Below are positions 23,582 through 36,290 of a DNA stretch of 61,131 bases, piece by piece. Within the stretch, counting starts at the first letter, position 1, and each line of letters begins with the position of its first letter. A model generated the notes under the pieces. The model was given only the letters and a program-made list of their open reading frames with translations. It was not told the DNA's origin and did no database searches. The DNA lies in contig NW_021833689.1 of assembly GCF_006345805.1 (NCBI RefSeq), positions 1 through 61,131 of the forward strand. Direction: 5' to 3'. This stretch comes from Octopus sinensis. Taxonomy: Eukaryota. The translations under genes were made by a program, and so were the position numbers.

Positions 23582-23651
23582 GTTATTGTTATCATTGTTA
23601 TTATTACTATTATTATTATTATTATTATTATTATATTATTATTATTATTAC

Positions 23652-23697
<46 letters not shown>

Positions 23698-23699
23698 GT

Positions 23700-23790
23700 T
23701 CAGGTCACTGCTTGGAGTCGAATTCGGAATCTTGGGGTTAGTAGCCCGCGTTCTTAACCACTACGCCATATTCCCGTGGGCATATGTAAA
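23700..23790 (-). mobile_element. Very short tRNA-derived element ending directly in (TAA)n
   Basis: Minus strand GGAATATGGCGTAGTGGTTAAGAACGCGGGCTACTAACCCC..GAATTCGACTCCAAGCAGTGACCTGAAC(AAT)n: A and B boxes, no body. Confidence 0.55.
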
Positions 23791-25254
23791 TAATGTAAAT
23801 CATGTAAATAATTCGAAGGAGATGTTAGCCATTTTTCATGGTTTCTAGGGAAAAGCAAGTAGAAAACAACAGTTGCTCGTCAAAGACAAAAATCGTGTTA
23901 CTCACTGATATTTTATAGCATATGTTGACTATACAAAAGTCACGAAGTACCACAAGATCGATTGTAGATTATCAAAAACTATTGTTTCTAATATATTGAT
24001 CGGTGGGTGTCTACGTTGTCAGTGGGTTGTTATGTAATATCGCTTGTTGTGGAGGCGCAATGACCCAGTGGTTAGGGCAGCGGACTCGCGGTCGTAGGAT
24101 CGCGGTTTCGATTCCCAGACCGGGCGTTGTGAGTGTTTATTGAGCGAAAACACCTAAAGCTCCACGAGGCTCCGGCAGGGGATGGTGGTGATCCCTGCTG
24201 TACTCTTTCACCACAACAACTTTCTCTCACTCTTACTTCCTGTTTTTTGTTGTACCTGTATTGTCCAAAAGGCCGGGCTTGTCACTCTCTGTTCACGCTG
24301 AATATCCCCGAAACTACGTTAAGGGTGCACGTGTCTGTGGAGTGCTCAGCCACTTACATGTTAATTTCACGAGCTGGCTGTTCCGTTGATTCGGATCAAC
24401 CGGAACCCTCGTCGTCGTAACCGACGGAGTGCTTCCAATATCGCTTGTTGATTTTATTGGCTACTAGTAGTATCGCCCGGCGTTGCGGTTTGTTTAGACC
24501 CTTTAGAGTTAGAATTTTTGAAAAGTAAAAATTTGGCAGTATGTAGCTTGTTATTCTCTTTAAGTGAAATACACCGAAAATGGCGACACAGCAGTCAAAA
24601 CATCGTAAAAATAGGGATTTTCATAGAAAAAAGGCACATTTTTTATGTAAATAATTTTTGGTGTTAACATGGTCCGACTTGAATTTTTTCTTCTACGGAA
24701 GGAAGAGTTAGCCTTCTTCTATCATACTCTCATATATATATATTATATATATATCTTGATTTTTTATTTTTCATGCATTTTACGCATGCTTGCACGCGTG
24801 ATGAACACAGTTCACGTCAACAGCTGACTGAGTAAAGTTCACAATTCATGCATGGGATGAGGCCTAACCAAACATTATCGATATTTTTCACTTGCGAATG
24901 AATTTCGGAACAGAAATAGCGCAGTCCAATATTCATTCGCCTAAACTTCAAGTGACCCATTTTTGGTTGTTCTACGATTTCTTCGCTAGGAGGAGATGTG
25001 CCGGGAAGTTAAACACACAGACACACAAGTTGAGTTTTATATATATAGATGTGCTTTGTGAGTATTGCCACTGATGATTGGAGAGACTCTACCATAGATC
25101 GGGTCACAGCAGTATGAAGGCCACAGGAGGACTTCAAACTGCAAATGCCTCATGTCTGTTTTAATTTTGCATGATAGAGGGGAGAGCAGGAATCCTTATG
25201 TTCTTTTATTGTTTGATAAGAATCTAAATTTTTATGAAACAATTCACAATAATA

Positions 25255-25398
25255 TTGGGTTGTCCGGAAAGTTCGTGCCGATTTTTAAAGGAAAGAAAAA
25301 GGTCAATAAATACTTGCCATTACATTTTTAATCGACTAAATACGAACCATTTTGTTGCACAATGCGTCTCCATCTTTCCTTTAACTTGAAAATACCCT
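25255..25398 (-). mobile_element. Mariner 3'-end fragment (same family as 46201-47133) joined to the satellite
   Basis: Same TIR, followed by the reverse complement of the transposase C-terminus. It breaks at AAAATACCCTC, where the satellite begins. Confidence 0.85.
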
Positions 25399-28300
25399 CA
25401 AGCACCCAGATAATCTACAACACTGCTACGACATCATCCATTCAACGCCTTCCTCATAAACCACAATCGTTCTTACCCTTAAACCCCAGGTATATTTTGA
25501 ACGCAATCACAGCTTCCTCTGGTGTAGACACATGAATACACATATACACAAACGTTTATAGTCCCTGGTATTACACCGCAATAAACCTCAAGCACCCGAC
25601 AAATCTACAACACTGCTACGACATCATCCATTCAACGCCTTCCTCATAAACCACATCGTTCTTACCCTAAACCCCAGGCATATTCTGAACACAATCACAG
25701 CTTCCTCCGGTGTAGACACATGAATAAACACATATATACAACGTTTATAGTCCCTGGTATTACACGCCTGGTATACACACCTCAAGCACCCAACAAATCT
25801 CCAAACACTGCTACGACATCATCCATTCAACGCCTTCCTCATAAACCACAATCGTTCTTTCCCCTTGAAACCCCAGGCAATATTTTGAACACAATCACAG
25901 CTTCCTCCGTTAGACACATGAATAAACACATATATACACGTTTATAGTCCCTGGTATTAGCGCAATAAACCTCAAGCACCCAGACAAATCTACAACACTG
26001 CTACGACATCATCCATTCAACGCCTTCCTCATAAACCCCAATCGTTCTTACCCTTAACCCCAGGCATATTTTGAACCCAATCACAGATTCCCTCCGGTGT
26101 AGACACATGAATAAACATATATACAACGTTTATAGTCCCTGGTATTACACGCAATAAACCTCAAGCACCCAGACAAATCTACAACACTGCTACGACATCA
26201 TCCATTCAACGCCTTCCTCATAAACCACAATCGTTCTTACCCTTAAACCCCAGGCATATTTTGAACCCAATCACAGCTTCCTCCGGTGTAGACACATGAA
26301 TAAACACATATATACAACGTTTATAGTCCCTGGTATTACACGCAATAAACCTCAAGCACCCAGACAAATCTACAACACTGCTACGACATCATCCATTCAA
26401 CGCCTTCCTCATAAACCACAATCGTTCTTACCCTTAAACCCCAGGCATATTTTGAACACAACCACAGCTTCCTCCGGTGTAGACACATGAATAAACACAT
26501 ATATACAACGTTTATAGTCCCTGGTATTACACGCAATAAACCTCAAGCACCCAGACAAATCTACAACACTGCTACGACATCATACATTCAACGCCTTCCT
26601 CATAAACCACAATCGTTCTTACTCTTAAACCCCAGGCATATTTTGAACACAACCACAGCTTCCTCCGGTGTAGACACATGAATAAACACATATATACAAC
26701 GTTTATAGTCCCTGGTATTACACGCAATAAACCTCAAGCACCCAGACAAATCTACAACACTGCTACGACATCATCCATTCAACGCCTTCCTCATAAACCA
26801 CAATCGTTCTTACCCTTAAACCCCAGGCATATTTTGAACACAACCACAGCTTCCTCCGGTGTAGACACATGAATAAACACATATATACAACGTTTATAGT
26901 CCCTGGAATTACACGCAATAAACCTCAAGCACCCAGACAAATCTACAACACTGCTACGACATCATCCATTCAACGCCTCCCTCATAAACCACAATCGTTC
27001 TTACCCTTAAACCCCAGGCATATTTTGAACACAATCACAGCTTCCTCTGGTGTAGACACATGAATAAACACATATATACAACGTTTTTAGTCCCTGGTAT
27101 TACACGCAATAAACCTCAAGCACCCGGACAAATCTACAACACTGCTACGACATCATCCATTCAACGCCTTCCTCATAAACCACAATCGTTCTTACCCTTA
27201 AACCCCAGGCATATTTTCAACATAATCACAGCTTCCTCCAGTGTAGACACATGAATAGACACATATATACAACGTTTATAGTCCCTGGTATTACACGCAA
27301 TAAACCTCAAGCACCCAGGCAAATCTACAACACTGCTACGACATCATCCATTCAACGCCTTCCTCATAAACCACAATCGTTCTTACCCTTAAACCCCAGG
27401 CATATTTTGAACACAATCACAGCTTCCTCCGGTGTAGACGCATGAATAAACACATATATACAACGTTTATAGTCCCTGGTATTACACGCAATAAACCTCA
27501 AGCACCCAGACAAATCTACAACACTGCTACGACATCATCCATTCAACGCCTTCCTCATAAACCACAATCGTTCTTACCCTTAAACCCCAGATATTTTGAA
27601 CACAACCGCAGCTTCCTCCGGTGTAGACGCATGAATAAACACATATATACAACGTTTATAGTCCCTTATTACACGCAATAAACCTCAAGCACCCAGACAA
27701 ATCTACAACACTGCTACGACATCATCCATTCAACGCCTTCCTCATAAACCACAATAGTTCTTACCCTTAAACCCCAGGTATATTTTGAACCCAATCACAG
27801 CTTCCTCTGGTGTAGACACATGAATAAACACATATATACAACGTTTATAGTCCCTGGTATTACACGCAATAAACCTCAAGCACCCAGACAAATCTACAAC
27901 ACTGCTACGACATCATCCATTCAACGCCTTCCTCATAAACCACAATCGTTCTTACCCTTAAACCCCAGGCATATTTTGAACACAATCACAGCTTCCTCCG
28001 GTGTAGACACATGAATAAACACATATATACAACGTTTATAGTCCCTGGTATTACACGCAATAAACCTCAAGCACCCAGACAAATCTACAACACTGCTACG
28101 ACATCATCCATTCAACGCCTTCCTCATAAACCACAATCCTTCTTACCCTTAAACCCCAGGCATATTTTGAACACAATCACAGCTTCCTCTGGTGTAGACA
28201 CATGAATAAACACATATATACAACGTTTATAGTCTCTGGTATTACACGCAATAAACCTCAAGCACCCAGACAAATCTACAACACTGCTACGACATCATCC

Positions 28301-29176
28301 ATTCAACGCCTTCCTCATAAACCACAATCATTCTTACCCTTAAACCCCAGGTATATTTTGAACCCAATCACAGCTTCCTCCGGTGTAGACACATGAATAA
28401 ACACATATATACAACGCTTATAGTCCCTGGTATTACACGCAATAAACCTCAAGCACCCAGACAAATCTACAACACTGCTACGACATCATCCATTCAACGC
28501 CTTCCTCATAAACCACAATCGTTCTTACCCTTAAACCCCAGGCATATTTTGAACCCAATCACAGCTTCCTCTGGTGTAGACACATGAATAAACACATATA
28601 TACAACGCTTATAGTCCCTGGTATTACACGCAATAAACCTCAAGCACCCAGACAAATCTACAACACTGCTACGACATCATCCATTCAACGCCTTCCTCAT
28701 AAACCACAATCGTTCTTACCCTTAAACCCCAGGCATATTTTGAACACAATCACAGCTTCCTCTGGTGTAGACACATGATAAACGCATATATACAACGTTT
28801 ATAGTCCCTGGTATTACACGCAATAAACCTCAAGCACCCAGACAAATCTACAACACTGCTACGACATCATCCATTCAACGCCTTCCTCATAAACCACAAT
28901 CGTTCTTACCCTTAAAGCCAGGCATATTTTGAACACAATCACAGCTTCCTTTGGTGTATACACATGAATAAACACATATATACAACGTTTATAGTCCCTG
29001 GTATTACCCGCAATAAACCTCAAGCACCCAGACAAATCTACAACACTGCTACGACATCATCCATTCAACGCCTTCCTCATAAACCACAATCGTTCTTACC
29101 CTTAAACCCCAGGCATATTTTGAACACTGCTACAGCATCTTCCGGTGTAAACACATTAATAAACATATATATACAA
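25396..29176. repeat. 191-bp tandem satellite, about 20 units
   Basis: Unit starts (ACACATGAATAAAC) are spaced 191 bp apart in the core (26296, 26487, 26678, 26869, 27060, 27251, 27442; 27820, 28011, 28202, 28393, 28584). Edge units carry more indels. Confidence 0.97.
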
Positions 29177-29305
29177 AGCCTACATCAAACCTGTCTCAAT
29201 CACAGTGCTGGAGAGAACATCATTGAGAGTGGAACACATTCAGAGTGGGACAGCCACAGAGACGACATTCCAAACACGTAGTAAAAAACAAGGAAACTTG
29301 ACTTA

Positions 29306-29560
29306 CGTTTGGTAGAGATGAGGGTAACAACTGTATTTCAGAAGATTGCGGACTTTCCACAGTTCTCAACAAAACCAACTACTTTCAGAATTATCGCTGA
29401 ACGTCCAAAAATGTCTGAATTATTCACTGCAGCCGACAGTGTCGAATGACGCCGCTAGTTTCTGCCGCTGTCAGGAGTGTCCCCTTCGTCCGAGTGTAAA
29501 AACGATTCTCACCTGAAGTTGAACGACACTTGATATATAACAAGCTAATATTATCTACAG
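29306..29560 (-). pseudogene. Probable decayed orphan exon-1 paralog (frameshifted PAN-like exon)
   Basis: Ends CAAAC|GTAAGTCAA, the same donor context as gene A exon 1. Frames give GENRFYTRTKGTLLTAAETSGVIRHC and SAAVNNSDIF (gene A: SVTGCAFAALNNDSEFF), with stops and frameshifts. Confidence 0.4.
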
Positions 29561-29719
29561 TCACGCTTCACTGAACAGACACTGAATATATCTTATTTTT
29601 AATGATCGAGTTTTTTTAAATAGTGTACGTGTTTTCGTTGTTGTTATTGATAGACTTTAAGAGTGTTTTTTTTATAGTTTGGTTGGATTAAGGGGTGTTA
29701 TGGTTACGGTAATGATATT

Positions 29720-30225
29720 AAAAGTGGTAGTGGTGGTGGTGGTGGTGGTTATGGTGGTGGTAGTGGTAGTAGTTGTTGTAGTGGTGGTGGTGATGGTAGT
29801 GGTGGTGATAGTGGTAGTGGTTGTTGTAGTGGTGGTGGTGGTGGTGGTTGTGGTGGTGATGGTCGTTGTGGTGGTGGTAGTGGTAGTAGTGGTTGTAGTG
29901 GTGGTGCTGGTTGTAGTGATGGTGGTAGTGGTGGTAGTGGTAGTGGTGGTTGAAGTGGTGGTGCTGGTGGTGGTGGCGGTGGTAGTGGTGGAGGTAGTGG
30001 TGATGGTAGTGGTAGTGGTGGTGGTAGTGGTAGTGGTTGTTGTAGTGGTGGTGGTAGTGGTAGTGGTGGTTGTAGTGGTAGTGATGGTGGTGGTGGTGGT
30101 GGTGGTGGTTGTGGTGGTGATGGTCGTAGTGGTGGTGGTAGTGGTAGTAGTGGTTGTAGTGGTGGTGGTGGTGGTGGTGGTGGTTGTAGTGATGGTGGTA
30201 GTGGTGGTAGTGGTTGTGGTGGAGA
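29720..30225. repeat. Compound (GTG/GTA/GTT)n trinucleotide tract
   Basis: Directly visible. It explains the poly-V/T/P ORFs. Confidence 0.95.
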
Positions 30226-30548
30226 GAGTTTTGTGGGAGTGGTTACAGCGAGATATTGATGAGATTGTGAAATTAATGATGGTGATGTAGTAACGATGGT
30301 GCGTATCGCAGATGGACAATCCTTTACGACTGGATACAAGTTTATAGGAGACTCAAAGTGGTTTGTTAGAATGAGTTGAAACGTGTCGCAGAACACAATT
30401 GATCCTGGCTTGGAAAAGACACTTATTTGTCCCTTTAAGAGACAAACTGGTGTCAAATTTTGCTAAAACCTTCAACACAGACCCCTTTTCGATTTTCTGT
30501 TCGCAAGCAGAATGATATAAATTGTGTGTGCGTGTGTGTGTAAGCGCT

Positions 30549-30591
<43 letters not shown>

Positions 30592-30632
30592 GAAAGAATG
30601 GAGTTGAACGACGAATTAACAAAATTCCTTTA

Positions 30633-30715
30633 TTCTCGACATATGTTTCGACGGCTGCATATTCATAATTTCGAAGGAATAAGGGGTGCAATATGCCGCC
30701 TTCTCATCAGGAAAA
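30633..30715 (-). ncRNA. Type-I hammerhead ribozyme motif with extended stem II
   Basis: 5'-UUUUC CUGAUGA GAAGGCGGCAUAUU...AAUAUGCAGCCGUC GAAA CAUAUGUC|GAGAA. Intact core, stem I UUUUC/GAGAA, palindromic stem III ACAUAUGU, GUC triplet. Confidence 0.75.
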
Positions 30716-30849
30716 ACAAGGAACTAATGTCAGCATCAAGATGAACAAAAACTTTTAGATGACTGCCCACACGGAGCCTATAACGATAATGAGTGCTACC
30801 CAGGTATCGGTTAACCGAATTATCCATTAGAAGATAATTCATTCCACTA

Positions 30850-30916
<67 letters not shown>

Positions 30917-31442
30917 CTACATTTAATATTTTAATAGTTACAGTTGAAAAGGTTTCATATGACCGAAACCGGTACTGAAATGTGCTTTATAAAATTATTT
31001 TAGCATTTCCTATCTTGACTTGCTTTTTCATATATATATATATATATTATATATATATATATAGGCGTAGGAGTGGCTGTGTGGTAAGTAGCTTGCTTAC
31101 CAACCACATAGCTCCGGGTTCAGTCCCACTGTGTGACGCCTTGGGCAAGTGTCTTCTACTATAGCCTCGGGCCGACCAAAGCCTTGTGTCTGTGGTTGTG
31201 GGTCTGCGAGTGCTTTTTTCGTATACATTTAATATTCAACATTTCATCTATTCAATAAGACAACCAATGCTTCATTTCATTTTACTATATATATATATAT
31301 TATTTATACTATATATTCTATATTCTACATTAATATTACAAAGAATATAAATAAAACATAAAAAACAGACAGAGTCGAAATTTCTTTCAATAATATATAT
31401 ATCCCTCTATATACAATCATACAAACCCCTTTATATATATAT

Positions 31443-31830
31443 ACTAGCAGTATCGCCCGGCGTTGCTCGGGTTTGTAAGGGAAATAACTATATAAGCATT
31501 TTTAGTGAGTTATAGCCAAAAAATAGCAAAAAAACGCATTAAAAATGGAAAAAAATGATGGTAAATTCTTTTTAAAATCGTTGACTCATCATAGACATTT
31601 TTAGAGAGTTACTTCCCTTATATAATAGCGAAAAAATGCATTAAAATGGAAAAAAATGATGGTAAATTTTTTTTTTAATCGTAGACTCATCGTAGACGCG
31701 CGCTAATACCCAGAAGGGCTCGATATGAATCACGACTATAAGATACCCGGTTTTGGTTAAACTGCACCGCAAAATGTGGGAGTAGTTAGGAGACAGACAC
31801 TCGCACAACTTCACTTTTATATATAAAGAT
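31443..31830 (-). mobile_element. Non-autonomous Helitron-like element
   Basis: Same termini and body as 13568-14070. Confidence 0.7.
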
Positions 31831-32284
31831 ATATATATATATATATATAATATATATATATATATAATAGATGGCAAAGGAATCAATGGTTATCACTGTA
31901 CTTCACTAGCTTACCACTGTTTCTGCAATTAGATGTCGGAGCCTCGTCGGAGCCTCCAATATGTAGTGCAAATTATTTGAGAAAAAAATTGTATTTTTGC
32001 AAAATTCAGGGAAAGCATTGCGGAAGTATATAAAAATGTGTATGTCCAAAAAGCTATTGTATTTACCGGTAGAGGAAATAGAAAATGTAGAAAAAATATA
32101 CGTATATATTCGCATGTGCATGTATACGAAAAAAATCACATGCAGACCCACAACCACAGACACCGCGCGGAGATATGCCCTCACCAGTCCCGCAATACCT
32201 AAAAGAAATACCTAAAAGAACTATATGACATAGTTTAGAAGAAATGACCGGTTTCGCGTTTAGCTTTTCAAATTTCTTACATCG

Positions 32285-32331
<47 letters not shown>

Positions 32332-32562
32332 ATATATAATATATATATATATAACGATGTAAGAAATTTGAAAAGCTAAACGCGAAACCAGTCATTTCTT
32401 CTAAACTATGTCATTGTAAGAAAAAAATTTATAATATTCTTCAGACATATTGACTCAAATATATTTTTTTTAACCTTTTAAAACAAGCCTTCTGTAGATT
32501 TTTCACTTTTTACTATTTTCTATATATTCAACCACGTGCTTTCACAAACCAACTTTCTTATC

Positions 32563-32599
<37 letters not shown>

Positions 32600-32626
32600 G
32601 TATATATATATGTTTGTTTATATATG

Positions 32627-32743
32627 GCTTACGGCCATATCACGTTGAAAGCACCGGTTCTCGTCCGATCACCGAAGTTAGCAACGTCGAGCCTAGTTAG
32701 TTCTTAGATGGGTAACCACTTTGGAAAATTAGGTGCTGTAAGC
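32627..32743 (+). pseudogene. 5S rRNA pseudogene
   Basis: GCTTACGGCCATATCACGTTGAAAGCACCGGTTCTCGTCCGATCACCGAAGTTAGCAACG...GCTGTAAGC is recognisable full-length 5S with a paired terminal stem. It has substitutions in the box C region, small deletions and no oligo-T terminator. Confidence 0.88.
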
Positions 32744-32761
32744 GTCAGACATGTTTTACAC

Positions 32762-33155
32762 AGGCACAAGAGTGGCTGTGTGGTAAGTAGCTTGCTTGCC
32801 AACCACGTGGTTCTGAGTTCAGTCCCACTGCGTGGCACCTTGGGTAAGTGTCTTCTGCAATAGGCTCGGGCCGACCAAAGCCTTGTGGGTGGATTTGGTA
32901 GACGGAAACTGAAAGAAGTCCGTCGTATATATGTATATGTATATGTGTGTGTGTGTGTGTGTTTGTGTGTCTGTGTTTGTCCCCCTAACATCACTTGACA
33001 ACCGATGCTGGGATGTTTACGTCCCCGTTCGGCAAAAGAGACCGATAGAATAAGTAGTAGGCTTACAAAGAATAAGTCCTGGGGTCTATTTACTCGACTA
33101 AAGGCGGTGCTCCACCATGGCCGCAGTCAAATGACTGAAACAAGTAAAAGAGTAA
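32762..33155 (+). mobile_element. tRNA-derived SINE family A (tRNA head, CORE-like CCTTGGGCAAGT segment, internal microsatellite, (AAAGAGT)n tail)
   Basis: Representative copy. Others at about 1122-1680, 5636-5960, 31064-31190, 33605-33780, 34108-34468, 37121-37400, 38262-38657, 38953-39357, 44385-44780, 44938-45308, 47215-47550, 48434-49031 and 59940-60175. Confidence 0.85.
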
Positions 33156-33197
33156 AAGATATGTTATGTACATATATATATACATTTATATTTATAT

Positions 33198-33253
<56 letters not shown>

Positions 33254-34059
33254 ATGTATATGTATATATATATATAATATGAGGAAATATTATTCCAAAC
33301 TTACAGGGAAAAATTCAATTTAGAAATACAAAAACAAATTTCACAAAATATAATATATATATAAATTAGAAAAAAAACCCACCTTCTAACAATTTAATAA
33401 TGAAAAATTAAATTATGCCATCAAGAAAATAACATATTATAGAAAGATTAAATATAAGATAAAACAAATAATGATGATTAAATAATGTGCAAAATTATAA
33501 ATAAATTGTATATATTTGGTATATATAAAACAGAGATGTCTGTGAATTCCATACTTGTGATGCATGAATAATTTGACCCCGGACAAATGTTAGGCTCTTC
33601 ATATGGTGTGTTCACGTCCCCGTAACTTAGCGGTTCGGCAAAACGAGACCGATAGAACAGGTACCAGGCCTACCAAAGAATAAGTCCTGGGGTCGATTTG
33701 TTCGACTAAAAAAAAAAAAAGGCGGTGCTCCAGCATGGTCAGGTCGAATAACTAAAACGAGTAGAAAAAGAAAAGAGTAAAAAATATGTTGTGTACCGAC
33801 TTGTTGGCTTGTTGCTTGGCTGGCTGGCTGGCTGGTTGGCCGGTTGGTTGGTTAAACAAAGTGGCCGATAGCTAACAGGCTAACAGATCAATTGATTTCA
33901 TAAAGTTGTCCACTTATCAGCAAATCTCAAAGCATTGTTGACAATTGATTATCGGAATCGAATTTGCAGATGCTGCGAAACTTGAAGCAGGTTGCTTATC
34001 GATCCACAAATACGGAGTGGTAAGAATCTTGCCTCCCAACCACATGGTTCCGGGTTCAT

Positions 34060-34093
<34 letters not shown>

Positions 34094-34670
34094 TCTTTTG
34101 CACATTTAGTTGTTTCAGTCATTTGACTGCAGCCATGCTGGAGCACCACCTTTTAGTCGAGCAAATCGACCCCCAGGACTTATTCTTTGTAAGCTTACTA
34201 CTTATTCTATCGGTCTCTTTTGCCGAACCGCTAAGTTACGGCAGCATCGGTTGTCAAGCGATGTTGGGGGGGACAAACATAGATGCACATATATACATAG
34301 ATACGACGGGCTTCTTTCAGTTTCTCTCTACCAAATCCAATCACAAGTCTTTGGTCGACCCGAGGCTAGAGTAGAAGACACTTGCTCAAGGTGCTACGCC
34401 GTGGGACTGAACCCGGAACCACGTGGTTGGTAAGCAAGCTATTTACCACACAGCCACTCCTACGCCTATACATGTACACATATATATACACATATATACA
34501 TTACAAAAATGGGACAAGAACGCAAAACATCCAGACAGTTAGGTGATACAAAAAGTAATAACAAAACGTCCAGATAGACGGTACAAGGAAAACTATGACG
34601 GGTCAATCGAAGTTTTCTATCCTCAGTCGAGTTCCAAATCATCTTTGCGATTTCGGCTGGTTTAAATCTA

Positions 34671-34712
<42 letters not shown>

Positions 34713-35503
34713 AATGAGCAGTCCGTCGGTTGCGACGGCGAGGGTTCCAGCTGATACGATCAACGGCACAGCTTGCTCGTGAAATTAACGTGGCTGAGCA
34801 CTTTACAAACACGGGTACCCTTAACGTAGTTCTCGGGGAGATTCAGCGTGACACACAGTGTGACAAGGCTGACCCTTTGAAATACAGGTACTACTCATTT
34901 TTGCCTGCTGAGTGGACTGGAGCAACGTGAAACAAAGTGTCTTGCTCAAGGACACAACTCTACCTCTTGTATTACTCTACCTCTTGTATATGTTGTGTAC
35001 TCTTTTTTCCACCATGTTTCACATTTATGTGTTTACTACTACTACGGTATATATATTATATATATATATATTATATATATATATATATATAGATATATAT
35101 ATATTATATATGTACATATATAAATATACATCTATACGTTTGATTGTATATATATGAGATATATATGTGAGATAATAGTTTCACTTTAATAGTTTTCAGT
35201 ATTAATAGAAAGATGTTATTGTTTCACTTTTGACACGTAATACTGAGATATATATGAGATACGACATTACTGTGGACTCGCATTAGGCAAGCGGTTGAAA
35301 ATTGTTTTAGGCCATGACACTGCATGGACTTTAAGTAAGACATGTCTAAAATTTGAATGAAATCGGTGGGGTAGTTCTCGAGTTTTAGGGATCCACACAG
35401 ACAGATATTCTCAGTTTTATATATTACTAGCATTAAAGACCCGTCGTTACCGGGTCATAGTGCTAGTGCATGTATATATGTGTACATATATGTGTGATAA
35501 TAA

Positions 35504-35729
35504 TAATGTTCGTCCTTCGGGTTCGAAGATGACCGTTGACATCATTTGGTGGAATTGCTGCTATGAGACCGGAGGTGGCTGGTGAGGCCAATCCGGGCAA
35601 GAAAGCCCCTCCCACAGGTGGGGCAGAAGTGGGTAGGGGCTGTGCTATTGGTGCAGGTGGCTCTGGCTTTCCGCATCTGGCGTTTCTGTTCTGCTGACTG
35701 AATCCGTCTCTCCTCGGCTGTCTTTGCAG
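35504..35729 (-). mobile_element. RTE LINE 3' end (C-terminal zinc finger)
   Basis: KRQMRKAR...CPTCGRGFLARIGLTSHLRSH followed by a short 3' UTR and (TTA)n. Confidence 0.82.
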
Positions 35730-35799
35730 ATATTACATGTACATCTATATATATACATCTACACGTAAAATACAAAATACAAAGTTATATCTTGATATC

Positions 35800-36290
35800 G
35801 CTGGTGATGACAATACTCAAAATATATAACAGACTGGAATTGTTAGCCCGTCTCTTGTAATTTCGATCAATTGTATCTTGTCCTCCCTTATGTATAGAAG
35901 TGTGGCTACAATCCAGCCTACCTCTACTTCTACTTCTGGGGTGGGGAGGCATTTAGAATTTTTTTCCGGGACGTCCTACGTCCCAGATATAAGGGTAAAA
36001 ATAAAATATTTGCACTTTGCAAATTCGAGTCGAGTACTCCCGTGCACGCTCCGTTGACTCGAACCTTGCTTCTATTGTGGCAAATTTACCGCCTCTGATT
36101 AGATATCTTTCATAGATTCCTCCATGTGTTCAAATCTTCTTTTTTCTCTACATTGTATACTTTTTAGACAATAGTCTTTTCTTTAATTTAATTTTTTATT
36201 AATTCATCTGGTCTATTCCATTTCTGCACGCTAATTTTATTTTTAATTTATTCCCATTCATGTGAAACCACTTATTCAAGTTGAAGTCAT
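35800..36290 (-). mobile_element. Second, more distant ORF1-like remnant
   Basis: RGGKFATIEARFES...PEVEVEVGWIVATLL...IEIT aligns loosely to the 36-1110 remnant (GRRYGTMVVQFRT...PPDIEVAWV). Confidence 0.45.

Noticed and set aside
26296-28778. Array of 64-aa ORFs as a real polycistronic peptide system, or a CRISPR-like array
   Set aside because: Units are contiguous near-identical 191-mers with no unique spacers, the context is eukaryotic, and the ATGA overlap follows from the unit length.
29672-30456. Long poly-Thr/Val/Pro ORFs resembling mucins or extensins
   Set aside because: They are translations of a (GTG/GTA)n microsatellite, with no splice signals or non-repetitive coding context.
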